64,000 nt of DNA from positions 1 through 64,000 of the forward strand of contig CBDHHL010000041.1 of the NCBI GenBank assembly GCA_965263355.1, read 5' to 3'. A program made the position numbers and the translations under genes. This DNA is from Leptolyngbyaceae cyanobacterium (GTDB lineage: Bacteria; Cyanobacteriota; Cyanobacteriia; Phormidesmidales; Phormidesmidaceae). This document shows, piece by piece, positions 1 through 10,089 of the stretch; the first letter of the stretch is position 1, and each line of letters starts with the position of its first letter. The notes below the pieces were generated by a model. That model saw only the letters and a program-made list of their open reading frames with translations, did not search any database and was not told where the DNA came from.

Positions 1-92
1 TCCCGACAGAAGATACCCATAGCCCCCTAGAGAACCTTAGCGCTGAAGCCATCCAACAACGTTTCCGCTGCCTTGTCGCCCAAACTGCGATG
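1..92 (-). ncRNA. Candidate tracrRNA/omegaRNA-like structured transcript divergent from the RHH-nuclease operon (truncated by window edge)
   Basis: Minus-strand promoter TTGGCG(126-121)-N17-TAATAT(103-98). The transcript has hairpins TCGC/GCGA and GCAGCG-GAAA-CGTTGT and sits next to a TnpB/Cas12-type gene. Confidence 0.4.
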
Positions 93-142
93 TCCTTATA
101 TTAGCGTGTTATATTTTGTACGCCAAGTATTTTTTAATATAA

Positions 143-343
143 ATGGGAAAAGAGAATAGAGAAGGCAGGATTTACGCCCGCATCAAGCAAAGTCGTAAAC
201 AAAAGCTAGAGCAGTATTGTAGACTTTGGGATATATCGATAGCAGACCTATTGGAACGCTTTATTGATATGCTGCCAGAGCTGCCACAAAACGACGTACA
301 AAATAATGAAGACGATCAAGGTAAAAGTCCAGCCGACCCCTGA
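143..343 (+). CDS. Ribbon-helix-helix (CopG-like) regulator upstream of the RNA-guided nuclease
   Basis: 66 aa with the RHH-like pattern RIYARIKQSRKQKLEQYCRLWDISIADLLERFIDML; overlaps the nuclease start. Confidence 0.6.
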   Translation: MGKENREGRIYARIKQSRKQKLEQYCRLWDISIADLLERFIDMLPELPQNDVQNNEDDQGKSPADP

Positions 344-2000
344 AACACTGATTAAATACGAGAAAATTTGCAGAGAGCTTGAATGGTTGTGGAATTATGC
401 ACGGGCCGTAGCCTTACATAATCATTGCCTTGAGTGGTATGCCTGGGCAGAAAAGAAAGGCGTCGACTTATCAGGCTGCATTAGAACGCCGTTACGCTTT
501 TCAAAGAGTGGCGGTTGGAATGGCGCAGCTTGTCAGATTGCTAAAGGAGGTCCGTATTTTAAGAAGTCAGACAAAGCCTCTTTGATTCACTATGGCGATG
601 GCAAAACAAAACTTGGCTATGAGTTAGTGGCTGGGGATAAGCCATATGAGCGGATAAAGCCAGAACCCCATAAATATATCGAAGTCCCTTATTTCAAGGA
701 AGGCGTCCCATTAATACGTGAGCTAAAGGGGAAATCATGGGGACTAGACAATATGGCGTTGCTAAATGCGTCACGAAGTTCTCAGGGTCTTGATGAATTA
801 ACGTGCAATAGTGATTTTGTTGGGGGGCTACTAGCTGACTTTGAGGTTGCCTGGAGGGCTTATTTAGACGGGAAACTGCCCGCTAGAAAGCAGCCAAAGT
901 ACAAGGACGGCAAGCAGTGTAAAATTAGCACGCTGAACAATAATCAAAAAGCCATCCCGTTCAAAAAAGGACAATTCGACGGTCAAGGCTTAGTTTTAGA
1001 ACCGTGCGATCGCAGCTATTCAAAAAGACTCGAAGGCTATGTAATAAAGACTTACAAACTGATATTAAAACCGAGTGGCTTCTATCTATGCCTAACTACT
1101 CAAAGTGAAGCGGAAGAAGAAAATAGATTAGAGCTTAAACGACAAAAAAGAGTTTTAATCGCTATCAAGAAAAAAGTTATTGATGGCATTAAAGGGAAAA
1201 AGGAACAAGCCAAGGCGTTAGCTAACAGTGAAGACTATCAAGCGGCATTAGCCAAGAAAAAGTCAATAGAAAATGAGCTGCCATACTTGCTAATAGAAGA
1301 CTCAAAATGCGCTAAACGAACCGGGCATATGGCGGGCATTGACCCTGGCGTTAAGGCAATTGTAGCGACTGACGAAGGTCATTTATTTAATCCTAACGAA
1401 AGCAGACAACGAATACACAATCATATTGAAAAGCTGCAATCCAAGCTTGATATTATGATTGAGAAAAATGATAAGCGGCTAGGACAAAAATGGAAGGGAG
1501 GGCAGCGGCGAGCCTCCAATAACGAGCAAAAACTTAGGGGCAAAATATCCAGACTTCATGAGCGAGCCGTTAATAGTTCAAATGCTTTCAATCATAAATT
1601 ATCAACCAGGTTAGCCAGAACTTATGATGTCATTGCTTGGGAGGCTACGGCGTTAACTAACATGGGGAGGCAGACAACGCCTAAATTAGCTGAAGATGGA
1701 AGTTATTACGAGCAAAACGGCAGAACAGCTAAGGCAGGATTGAACAGATCATTGAAAATAGCCTGTATGGGCGACCTTAGAACTAAAACAAAATCTAAAT
1801 TAGAGGAAGCCGGGAAATTATACATAGAGACGGAGGCTAGATACTCATCACAACGCTGTCATTGTTGCGGGGGAAAAGGCATCAGGCCAGCCCAAGACAC
1901 GTTTATTTGCGTAAATGAGAGCTGTAGCCTATTTGAACAGAAGCAAAATGCAGATGTTAACGCCGCAAGGAACCACAAGAAAAGAGGAATCACGGAATGA
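306..2000 (+). CDS. Large TnpB-derived RNA-guided nuclease, C2c8 (type V-U)-like Cas12 family
   Basis: 564 aa from ATG 306. RuvC-I GIDPG, RuvC-II IAWEA, Zn ribbon CHCC...CVNESC and RuvC-III NADVNAARN are all intact. The NMGRQTTPKLAEDGSYYEQNGRTAKAGLNRSL segment and extended N-terminus resemble cyanobacterial C2c8 as I recall it. Confidence 0.8.
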   Translation: MKTIKVKVQPTPETLIKYEKICRELEWLWNYARAVALHNHCLEWYAWAEKKGVDLSGCIRTPLRFSKSGGWNGAACQIAKGGPYFKKSDKASLIHYGDGKTKLGYELVAGDKPYERIKPEPHKYIEVPYFKEGVPLIRELKGKSWGLDNMALLNASRSSQGLDELTCNSDFVGGLLADFEVAWRAYLDGKLPARKQPKYKDGKQCKISTLNNNQKAIPFKKGQFDGQGLVLEPCDRSYSKRLEGYVIKTYKLILKPSGFYLCLTTQSEAEEENRLELKRQKRVLIAIKKKVIDGIKGKKEQAKALANSEDYQAALAKKKSIENELPYLLIEDSKCAKRTGHMAGIDPGVKAIVATDEGHLFNPNESRQRIHNHIEKLQSKLDIMIEKNDKRLGQKWKGGQRRASNNEQKLRGKISRLHERAVNSSNAFNHKLSTRLARTYDVIAWEATALTNMGRQTTPKLAEDGSYYEQNGRTAKAGLNRSLKIACMGDLRTKTKSKLEEAGKLYIETEARYSSQRCHCCGGKGIRPAQDTFICVNESCSLFEQKQNADVNAARNHKKRGITE

Positions 2001-2209
2001 TGACAGAAGCCTCCTCAATCACCATCTCCATACGCTCAAAAACCCTGACTAAAGCTCAACAGCTAAACATTCCGATTGAAGTGCTGCTGAGCGAGGAGCT
2101 ATCAAGGGTAGCCGACAGGCTCCTTCTGCCTTTGATTCAGGAATACGGAATGAACTGCGATAGAACCGATTACGTCCCAAGCTGGATAGAACAATCGGCC
2201 CAGCCATAA
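1997..2209 (+). CDS. Small hypothetical protein, possibly CcdA/RHH-like
   Basis: Overlaps the nuclease stop; ITISIRSKTLTKAQQLNIPIEVLLSEEL pattern. Confidence 0.3.
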   Translation: MMTEASSITISIRSKTLTKAQQLNIPIEVLLSEELSRVADRLLLPLIQEYGMNCDRTDYVPSWIEQSAQP

Positions 2210-2214
2210 GATGG

Positions 2215-2502
2215 ATGCCGATTTTCAGTTGCCAGCAGCTGCAGGCAATGGCTGATCCAGAACTGAGTGATGTGATTCAGATTAAGCAGCAGCAACTATC
2301 AAAGCTAGAGCAAGCCACTGGGCAAGACGTAGATCCAAACGACGTTGACATTTACGAAACGGTTGCTGCTGATCCTGAATTCTGGGAAGAACTAGCCCCC
2401 AGTGAGCTAAGGATAATTCTTGACTCACTAATCAAGCAGGTTGTTGTTCATGGGAAACAACTTTCGCCACAACAACGGGTAAAGGTTCAATTTTACCGTT
2501 AG
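2215..2502 (+). pseudogene. C-terminal fragment of a cyanobacterial large serine recombinase (XisF-like)
   Basis: Coiled coil plus ADPEFWEELAPSELRIILDSLIKQVVV resembles the C-terminus of XisF-type recombinases; no catalytic N-terminal domain is present. Confidence 0.45.
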
Positions 2503-2813
2503 GGTATTTTTTCTCGTAATACTGTTTGGCTCTTTGCGTGAAGATCTCTTTAGCACTTGTCACCGTTTTCCTCCCAGCTTAAAACAGCGTTCTAAATGCT
2601 CCTCAGCCCCCATCTTTGCAGCTGCCCGCCACTGCTCTGTGCGCCGCTGTTCTTGCAGGGATATCCAGTAAACGACCATCGTGATTATCCCGACAGCTGC
2701 CAAAGCGAATGGCAGGCTAATTATCCCGAATATTATTTCCGGCCATGACGCCCCATCAGGCTCAGGTTCGGGGCGAGGGTGTTTCAGGTTTTCTTCGTTT
2801 TGATTCCAGACTG

Positions 2814-3071
2814 TCATGCTGCCTCCCGTCGTCGCTGGACAAATTGTTTTTTTCGGCCTCGCGAATCTTTAGTGATTGCCCCCCGTTGCCCGTACCAAAA
2901 CATGAGCTGGGCTGTCGATTGAGCCCCTACTTTATCAACAGCTAGCTTGATGTGAGAGCGAATAACAATAGTGGTTATTCCCAGTTGGCTCGCAATCTTT
3001 TTGTTATGCATTCCCTGAGCCATCATTGAAACAATGCTGTGCTGTCTTGGCGTTAGTTCAAGTGGGTTCAT
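2814..3071 (-). CDS. LuxR-type HTH transcriptional regulator
   Basis: LTPRQHSIVSMMAQGMHNKKIASQLGIT...RSHI is a LuxR C-terminal signature. Confidence 0.85.
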   Translation of the reverse strand: MNPLELTPRQHSIVSMMAQGMHNKKIASQLGITTIVIRSHIKLAVDKVGAQSTAQLMFWYGQRGAITKDSRGRKKQFVQRRREAA

Positions 3072-3655
3072 GCTGCCTCCAATAAACTTTTTTGCTCGTA
3101 CTTTCCTGCGACTTGAAAAGGATCAACGCAATCAACCTCGTTGCCCCATACGTCCCACCCTGGTGAAGACTCCCTGGCAAACAGCTCGATTCGCGGCACA
3201 TCGCCCATTAGCTGGACTAATCGATCTCTCGCCACAGCAGGTTTTCTGCTGTGGCCTCTGTGCTGGGCTTCTATAAATTGCCGAACACTCGCATCTACTC
3301 GCTTGGGCTTTCCACGAACCGCAAACAAGCAATTCTCAACATTGCCACGGGTTAGATGTCCCATGCCGAAATAGCATTTGCCATGTTTGGTTAATTTATG
3401 CCAGCTAAAGCCTGTCATATTTTTTAGTGTGAACCCCCAAGCGTTGACAACAGCTAACGCTTCTTCTGGCTGCGGCCCAACCCACCACATAGCAAGCAAA
3501 CAGTTATCGTCGGCAATGGTATGGACGGGAATCTTGCAGATATCTTGATAAGACATCACAGAATATTTATGGCAAGCCCCACGATTGCCAGCACTGGCCT
3601 TGTCTCGGTACTGCCATGGTGGATCTGCGTAAATTATCTGATATTTTCTGCTCAT
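3068..3655 (-). CDS. MT-A70 family DNA adenine methyltransferase
   Basis: IIYADPPW catalytic motif, AWGF, GMGHLTRGNVE, HSRKP, RIELFAR, GWDVWGNE. Confidence 0.92.
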   Translation of the reverse strand: MSRKYQIIYADPPWQYRDKASAGNRGACHKYSVMSYQDICKIPVHTIADDNCLLAMWWVGPQPEEALAVVNAWGFTLKNMTGFSWHKLTKHGKCYFGMGHLTRGNVENCLFAVRGKPKRVDASVRQFIEAQHRGHSRKPAVARDRLVQLMGDVPRIELFARESSPGWDVWGNEVDCVDPFQVAGKYEQKSLLEAA

Positions 3656-3833
3656 CCCTCACCCCCCACAACCGCTACATAGCCTTGCTTCAGCAAAGCC
3701 TGAAACCTCTGAAAGTCAGTTAACCCAATCGCCCACGCGTGCTTATTTAGCGGCTGCCATGGCTCGGCTGGGGTATCACGAAAGACTGGATATGCCCTGT
3801 CTGCCGTGCTTTTTTGCCAAGTTATTTGCTTCA

Positions 3834-4208
3834 TTACGACAAATCCAAACTCATCTGTACAGTTGTCTCGACGTGAGCAGCTCCACACTGCTGCAGCGCT
3901 TGAATCTCAGCAATTACCTGCTTAGGGGTAACAAAGCGCTCGTCTCCGTTCTTTTTGGTGCCTACCCAGTCAGAACAGAATTTCTCAATATCAAAATCTT
4001 CTAGCCCATCCTCACCAACCCGCTCAACCATAAGGGCAAAGCGGATAAAGTGAGCCGTGTTAATCACCCCCTGATCCCACCAACGGATTAAGTCATACTG
4101 GCTTACTTGAATCGGTGCTCGGCTGTACTTCAGTTCGACTGAGCTGAGATTTTCATGAGCCAGTTGCCCTGGCACGGTGTCGGGCGATGTGGTCAATGTT
4201 ATCGTCAT
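3834..4208 (-). CDS. Hypothetical phage protein
   Basis: 124-aa ORF translationally coupled within the leftward operon. Confidence 0.5.
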   Translation of the reverse strand: MTITLTTSPDTVPGQLAHENLSSVELKYSRAPIQVSQYDLIRWWDQGVINTAHFIRFALMVERVGEDGLEDFDIEKFCSDWVGTKKNGDERFVTPKQVIAEIQALQQCGAAHVETTVQMSLDLS

Positions 4209-4621
4209 GCTATTTTCTCCAACAAATTTAACTGTCCTGTTCTCTCTGCCTTAATCTGTCGCTTCCGAAATCTCGAACTAGTCGAGTTGTCATACTCCAA
4301 ATGACACACAGAGCACAACGCCTTTAGATTCCCTCGACTGCAATCCTCAGGCTTATGGTTGAGATGCGCCACAGTAAGCACAAAGCGAGTGGGCTTTTGA
4401 ATCTTCATGAGTCCAAACTCTTCCGCATCTTCCCACTCTTCAGTGGGCCAACACTCCTCAAGTACGCCATTCCAGTTAATGCGTTGCATCATGCTCTGTA
4501 ATGACTCTCCAGGCTTACGACATGGCCTACCACATTCCTCGCAGCGCCAGTTAGCCTGTTGCTTGACTCCGTGCGCTATTTCCTCCCAGTTGCCGGGGTA
4601 TAAGCTCCTGTCCCAAGTCAT
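4205..4621 (-). CDS. HNH-type nuclease
   Basis: YPGNW...CEECG...LTVAHLNHKPEDC..NLKALCSVCHLEYD. Confidence 0.8.
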   Translation of the reverse strand: MTWDRSLYPGNWEEIAHGVKQQANWRCEECGRPCRKPGESLQSMMQRINWNGVLEECWPTEEWEDAEEFGLMKIQKPTRFVLTVAHLNHKPEDCSRGNLKALCSVCHLEYDNSTSSRFRKRQIKAERTGQLNLLEKIA

Positions 4622-4838
4622 CTAAACCACCTCACGCTCATAGTTGGCAGAACCCATAAGATCTCGTTCTCAGTCTTTCTCAATTTCGGCCAATGCCATC
4701 GCCACAGCTTGGGCTCAAAGAACTGATAGCGAGTGCCCGTAATCCAATGTTCGTCAAATGTTTCTCGTTTCATAATTGTCTCCTAAGCTGCATTTGAACA
4801 ATCTTTGTCGCCCTGAACAATTTGCTTGAACTCCTGAA

Positions 4839-5267
4839 TCAAGAATCATTGCACTCTTGATCTTCTTCTCTCAGCGCATCTTGCAGCGCATAAACCAATA
4901 AATCCACGACTGCATTCCCCTTCAAAGGAGTCAAGGCATTAATAATTGGCCCAAGTTCGTCTGTCCCTCTAACGCATTCTTTGATGGCAGCCGCGTCAAA
5001 AGTCATGTTTTGGAAAGCATAACTCAACTCCCCAACTAACCAGCCAGCGTCATCCATGGTGTTCTGCGCCGCGATCGCCCTAGCTAACTTTCGGGCATTT
5101 TTGCTGTCGCTCAAGTCGAACAACGGATTACTAGCTTCATTCTCTGTCGGTCGAGCCTCGTCAGGGGGCCATGCGGCACAGCCTGGGGGCTGAACAAAAT
5201 TCTGATTCACCCCAATGCCTCCTAATTTCAGCTCATCGACATCCCAATAAGTAAATTTCTTTTGCAT
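4839..5267 (-). CDS. Hypothetical protein
   Basis: 142-aa ORF coupled to the helicase stop. Confidence 0.5.
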   Translation of the reverse strand: MQKKFTYWDVDELKLGGIGVNQNFVQPPGCAAWPPDEARPTENEASNPLFDLSDSKNARKLARAIAAQNTMDDAGWLVGELSYAFQNMTFDAAAIKECVRGTDELGPIINALTPLKGNAVVDLLVYALQDALREEDQECNDS

Positions 5268-6766
5268 TAACCCATCCTCCCGCTTGCGTCCAAAAACCTC
5301 ATATATTTACCTTCAAACACTGCCTCACACTCACCCACCTTGCCATGGCGATTTTTTGCCACAATCAACTTACTGACGCTATCTGGAACAGTCTCGTCAT
5401 AGCGGCCTGGTCGATGCACTAAAACAACCCCATCAGCAACCTGGGCAATCTCTCCAGACTCACGCAAATCATCAAGTCCAGGCTCTTTCGATGACGCAAC
5501 ACCATCACCTTTCCGAAGTTGACTTAGGGCAATCACTCGGCACCCGATCTCTTTCGCTAAAGATTGCAGTTCTCTAGCAATTTGAGACACCTCTTGAGTC
5601 CGGTTTGCATGGCCAGGGCAGCGCATTAAGTTCAAGTAATCGACGACAACTAAGCCAAGCCCCTGACCGTACTGCTCTTTGCATTTCTCAGAAATAGCTA
5701 GACAACTTCTGCGCAAGTAGCCAGGTGTTATCCCACTGGCCTCTGAAAGGAACAACGGGAGTTCATAGAAATAAGCCATGCAATCAAGCACTTGCCCCCA
5801 CTCGTACTCTGAAAAAGTGCCCAGCCGAATCTTTCTGTAATCAATGCTTCTCTCCGCTGACAGCCATCTCCCCTTCCATTGCCGCGCAGGCATCTCAAGA
5901 GTGAACACAGCCGTAGGGATGCGATATTTTTTTAATATTTCACGAGTAACAGTCTGGGCAAGGGCGGATTTTCCTTGAGACGGCTTGCCTCCAATGATGT
6001 AAAGAGATTTCTCTTCAAGTCCTCCCAGCACTCGATCAAGCCCTAGCAGCCCAGCACTTAAGCCAGCAGGAATCTCATTCCTAGAAAGCGCCTCTAGCTG
6101 GGCTAAGTAATCACGATCCTCAAAGTCTTCTGAACAGTGCCGAAAATCTAAGTTCGCTGATGGGGCAACCTGCTCAAGAAGCGCCTCAATTTGAGAGTCA
6201 TTGAGCTTAAAGCGAGTCCTAATGCGACCCTTGAGGACATATTTGCAAGTCAAATCACGCTCTTCAGCATAAGCCTTGACAAGCGACTTCAAAACCTTAG
6301 CATCCTCTGTCGGGTCTAACGTTCCATCAGATGGCCCTAGCAGGTCCAGGAAGCCCTTTAGAATACGCTTAGCGTTGAACTCATCATGACGGGTGCTTTT
6401 ACACCACTCAGAAAGCCTCAGATAGGCCTCAGCTTCTGAGATGACTTTTTCTCCCACCATGAGCATGTAATGTTCAGCCTGAGCCTTTACCTCAGCAGTG
6501 CCAAGTTCGGCTTCTTTGGATTGCTTGCTGTGTTTTATCTTTTCACGCTGAACTGAGGTTAGCCTGTCTGCCTTTTTCAGTGGGCTAACTGCGTTGCGGA
6601 CATCCTCAGGCTTGCACTGATTACCCCAGCACTGATAAGCGCCTGTTTTGGAGACCGTGAAATTATCGTCGCCACACACCGGGCAATGGTAGTACCCATT
6701 TTTGCCTCGATCTTCCACTGGAGTGAGTTGGCCAACGTGGTCCAGTATGTTGAACGGACTTGTCAT
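5267..6766 (-). CDS. dnaB: DnaB-like replicative helicase with N-terminal primase-type zinc finger
   Basis: CPVC...CWGNQC zinc finger; Walker A GGKPSQGKS; VVVDYLNLM; ALSQL; DLRESG; AKNRHG. Confidence 0.9.
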   Translation of the reverse strand: MTSPFNILDHVGQLTPVEDRGKNGYYHCPVCGDDNFTVSKTGAYQCWGNQCKPEDVRNAVSPLKKADRLTSVQREKIKHSKQSKEAELGTAEVKAQAEHYMLMVGEKVISEAEAYLRLSEWCKSTRHDEFNAKRILKGFLDLLGPSDGTLDPTEDAKVLKSLVKAYAEERDLTCKYVLKGRIRTRFKLNDSQIEALLEQVAPSANLDFRHCSEDFEDRDYLAQLEALSRNEIPAGLSAGLLGLDRVLGGLEEKSLYIIGGKPSQGKSALAQTVTREILKKYRIPTAVFTLEMPARQWKGRWLSAERSIDYRKIRLGTFSEYEWGQVLDCMAYFYELPLFLSEASGITPGYLRRSCLAISEKCKEQYGQGLGLVVVDYLNLMRCPGHANRTQEVSQIARELQSLAKEIGCRVIALSQLRKGDGVASSKEPGLDDLRESGEIAQVADGVVLVHRPGRYDETVPDSVSKLIVAKNRHGKVGECEAVFEGKYMRFLDASGRMG

Positions 6767-7773
6767 GCTGCCCCCTTGCCGTAAATCTTGAATCCTGGAT
6801 TTAGCAAGGCGAACTCTTCGTCGGTTAGTTCCATTGGGTCTTTAGCCCTCAACTCAGCCTCTTGCTCTGGAGTAATCGTGAGTGTTTGCACTGGCGATGT
6901 AGCAAGAAAGTCTGACTTTTGCTGCGGCTTCAGGGACTCCAGCGCTGCTACCCAGTACGGGTCTTTGTGCGTATCCTTGCCCTTAAGAAAAATGCATCCA
7001 TGAGGCGCTTTGCTGCCTTTGGCCTTGGCTTCCTTGAACCAAGTCGAGCAACCTAGCCTGAATTGCTCGATGTCAAAACCCTTTTCCATCTGAGCCCACA
7101 CCTGAGCTGCACTGGCCTTTGAGCCGTAGTGGGAACCAAGATCCTCGCACCTGGACTTGTACCAAGTCCACCAATCCTCAAACTTACTCCTGTAGGCTTC
7201 AGAGCACTTTTTCAGGTAGTAGCTTGCGTCCTTCCGCTTTTTAGACTTATCCGATGTCACGCGTGACACGTCACCTTCAGGTGACATTATTTCTTCTTTC
7301 TTCTTTGTATCTGTATCTGTATCTGTTCTGTCCGTTACAGGGTGTTTCTTTGGCGTTTCATCCGCGTTACTTAGCGTTTGTAACGCGTTACAAGGCGTTA
7401 CCGTTACACCCTCTTTTTGAGCCTTTTTCTTAGCCCTATGCTTTGCTACACGGGCTTTTATCGCCTCTGGTTTGTCGCTAGGTTTTTCATACTGCCTGTC
7501 TTCCCAGTGGGTGATCTTTAGCCTTCCTGGGAACGGTTCGATCATTCCTTTTTGGCGAAGTTTGTCCAAAAAAAATTGAAAGTCTTGCGTACTTTCGAAC
7601 CCGCAATAATCCGCTAGGTCTTCTTCATCCCCCGTATCCACAAACCCCCTTTCTTTGGAGTCGCTGGCTAAACACAAAAGCACTACCCACGCCCATTTTT
7701 GCTGTGGACTAAATTTTCTAAGTTTCCTGTCATTGGGCATGTCGTGATACAGACGAAACCATGTGATACTCAC
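6763..7773 (-). CDS. Phage replication initiator / replisome organizer
   Basis: N-terminal WFRLYHDMPNDRKLR; central low-complexity VTVTPCNALQ...DTDTDT; lies directly upstream of the helicase. Confidence 0.8.
   Translation of the reverse strand: MSITWFRLYHDMPNDRKLRKFSPQQKWAWVVLLCLASDSKERGFVDTGDEEDLADYCGFESTQDFQFFLDKLRQKGMIEPFPGRLKITHWEDRQYEKPSDKPEAIKARVAKHRAKKKAQKEGVTVTPCNALQTLSNADETPKKHPVTDRTDTDTDTKKKEEIMSPEGDVSRVTSDKSKKRKDASYYLKKCSEAYRSKFEDWWTWYKSRCEDLGSHYGSKASAAQVWAQMEKGFDIEQFRLGCSTWFKEAKAKGSKAPHGCIFLKGKDTHKDPYWVAALESLKPQQKSDFLATSPVQTLTITPEQEAELRAKDPMELTDEEFALLNPGFKIYGKGAA
7332..7408. repeat. Iteron-like repeats (probable replication origin) inside the initiator gene
   Basis: Five CGTTAC copies plus an inverted GTAACG in about 75 bp, next to TATCTG repeats; same arrangement as the lambda O origin. 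Confidence 0.6.
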
Positions 7774-8713
7774 AGATCCCCCCTCTCAATCTTGCGAGTG
7801 ACCAGCGTCATCAACCCACAAGGCAGAATTATTAGGTTTTCGTATAAGCGCTCTGCATCAGCTCGAATCGCTTGATTTATAGGGTCATCGCCCACAAAAG
7901 AGCGTAAAATCTTGTGACCTGCTTTTATGGCCTGCTCGTACTTGCTCATTTTTCAGTGATGATTAACAGGTGCTTGAAGTGAACGGTAGATGCAGTTTGC
8001 CTAGGGCTTGGCTTTACTCTTTAGCGCAGCGCACAGCCTTCTCAATGCGGCATAGACATAGGCAACAGCCAGGTTTAGCCGCAGCTCCCCCTTCCGCCAC
8101 AGTGGCAGCGTTTGGTTGTCAAATCTTTCTTGCCAACGCACCGAGTAGACAGTGCCCCACACAGTCACTGGCAGGGCCATCGAAACTGCCATCCAGTTGG
8201 CCTCGTACCAATCAACAGCCTTGGCAATATCGTCGGACGTGACAACCAAGGGGTTGCCTTCCTCGTCCAGGAAATTACTGCATTGTGTCGGTGGGTGATT
8301 CATGAAAACACCCCAGCCACAGCAAGGCCCCAGGCGAATCCAAAGATGCAGCTAAGCAGAACTGCCAATATCGGTGGCCATGGCAAAAACGAAAACGTCA
8401 CCCCAATGACTACTGCCCCAGTCACTGTCGAAAAGACCTGGGTAAGACTCATACCTCTTCCTCCACAAACTCAATGAACTCAAGCCCAAACTCTTTGTAT
8501 ATCCGAAATACAGCCTTTCGGTAGCGCTCGACGTTGCTGCTGCCGACATCCTGTTCAGCCCGAAACATACAGGCACTCTGTGGGTACTGCCCGCAAACTC
8601 TCGGCGCAATATGCCAAGCTCGGGGAGCCTCATAATTCTTTTATTCGCCTCATTCAGTCGCTCGTCGAGCGAATAGTATTGCAGCTCAATTGGCTGCAAA
8701 TCGTGCGCTATTT

Positions 8714-9094
8714 TCATGACTCCTCTGACGTACTTAAAACAACTACAGCCCTAGGGGCAGCTTTCTTTTTCCAGTCCAACGCAATCGTCAGACTGGGCAC
8801 TCGTTTCATGTTGTCGTCCACCAGCACTTTTGCCTGAACCAACGCGTCCAGAATCGAACCAGCTACGTTGTCAGCATCGCCTTGGCGGTTGTGCTGACCT
8901 GTTAAACTGATGGTGACTTCGGCCTGTTCTAAAGGCTGCTGCTTCCACTGCCCAGAAATATCCGCTATCGCCCCACGCTTCCACTCGTTATACCGATGGG
9001 GGTGGTAGGTGCCGTTAGCAGTTGTTCTTGCCCTGGCCTTGGGGACGATTGGGCCAATCAGCTCAAAGGTGTAAACGCTCACGGCTTCTCCCAA
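8714..9094 (-). CDS. rusA: RusA-like Holliday junction resolvase
   Basis: PKARAR, GDADNVAGSILDALVQAKVLVDDN. Confidence 0.85.
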   Translation of the reverse strand: MGEAVSVYTFELIGPIVPKARARTTANGTYHPHRYNEWKRGAIADISGQWKQQPLEQAEVTISLTGQHNRQGDADNVAGSILDALVQAKVLVDDNMKRVPSLTIALDWKKKAAPRAVVVLSTSEES

Positions 9095-9746
9095 AAGTGA
9101 AGTGGTTTAGCCGAGCCTTTCTGCACTACCCCATCAATGGAGTAGATCGTTCCCTGACCCAAATAACTCCAGGTTTTGTAGACGTCGTTGATGCTTTGGT
9201 CGCACGCGTCATACCGTACTTGCTGTTCGTCAATTAGGGCGACGCACTTTGTCGTTTTTTCGTTACTTAGTTTTATTCTCATCACTCAACTCCCAAAAAT
9301 TCCAACAGTCCATTCCCAACAACCGCCAGACCATACCCTGAGGACTTGTCCTCAGGATCCTTAAGAATCCAGGCTAGTTGCTGATCCAACCCTGGATTCT
9401 TTCTGAGCATTGCGGCCATGTCAGCCGAAAAGCCCCAAGGGACGGGGTACTCGGGCAAGCCAGCAGGCGCTCCCAGGCACAACCAAAAGTCATCCAGGGT
9501 CAATACCTTAAACGCCTCAAAATCGCTGGGCTCGTCCAGATGAACGGCCAGGGTGTCCCGCCACTCTTCGGCGGCTTCGAGGCAGTCGACATATCCGTAG
9601 TAGATGTCGCGTAGGGCACGTACCCCACACGTACTTTCTGTGAATTTGCGATAAACTGCGTACAAATATTCTGTGGGGTTTATCATGACTAGAGTCCACT
9701 ATCTTGTTAAACGACGGCTGAAGGCTTCAGTGGCTTCAGCCGTTTT

Positions 9747-9926
9747 TCATGCTGCTTCTCTTTCTTCGTGCCCCTCTTTCTGAAGGGCGAGCAACAATAG
9801 TTGGCCGCCAATCCGCCCAAGCGACTCCCTGGAGCGAATCTGTGCTTTGTGAAGCTTCAGTTTGTCTAGAACATCACTCGGAATCCAGAGCGCTTCTAAT
9901 CTTTCCCCTGTAGTCAAAATAGGCAT
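9747..9926 (-). CDS. Small Cro/Arc-like regulator (59 aa, not in ORF track)
   Basis: MPILTTGERLEALWIPSDVLDKLKLHKAQIRSRESLGRIGGQLLLLALQKEGHEEREAA; first gene of the leftward early operon, divergent from 10090. Confidence 0.45.
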   Translation of the reverse strand: MPILTTGERLEALWIPSDVLDKLKLHKAQIRSRESLGRIGGQLLLLALQKEGHEEREAA

Positions 9927-10089
9927 TTTCTTTGTGTCGCTACTTATCGAATTATATAACCTCAGTTACGAAAACGCAAACGAGATTTGTTTTTTGATCC
10001 TGAATTCGTTAGTTTATGTCACGTCCAAAATTGCTGAAACCTTTCAATATTGAGGCTTTCAAAAATACAATTAGCGGAGCAAGATAGCG

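Noticed and set aside
306..2200. Ordinary IS200/IS605 insertion
   Set aside because: No TnpA or recognisable right-end hairpin follows the gene, and a coupled ORF follows directly.
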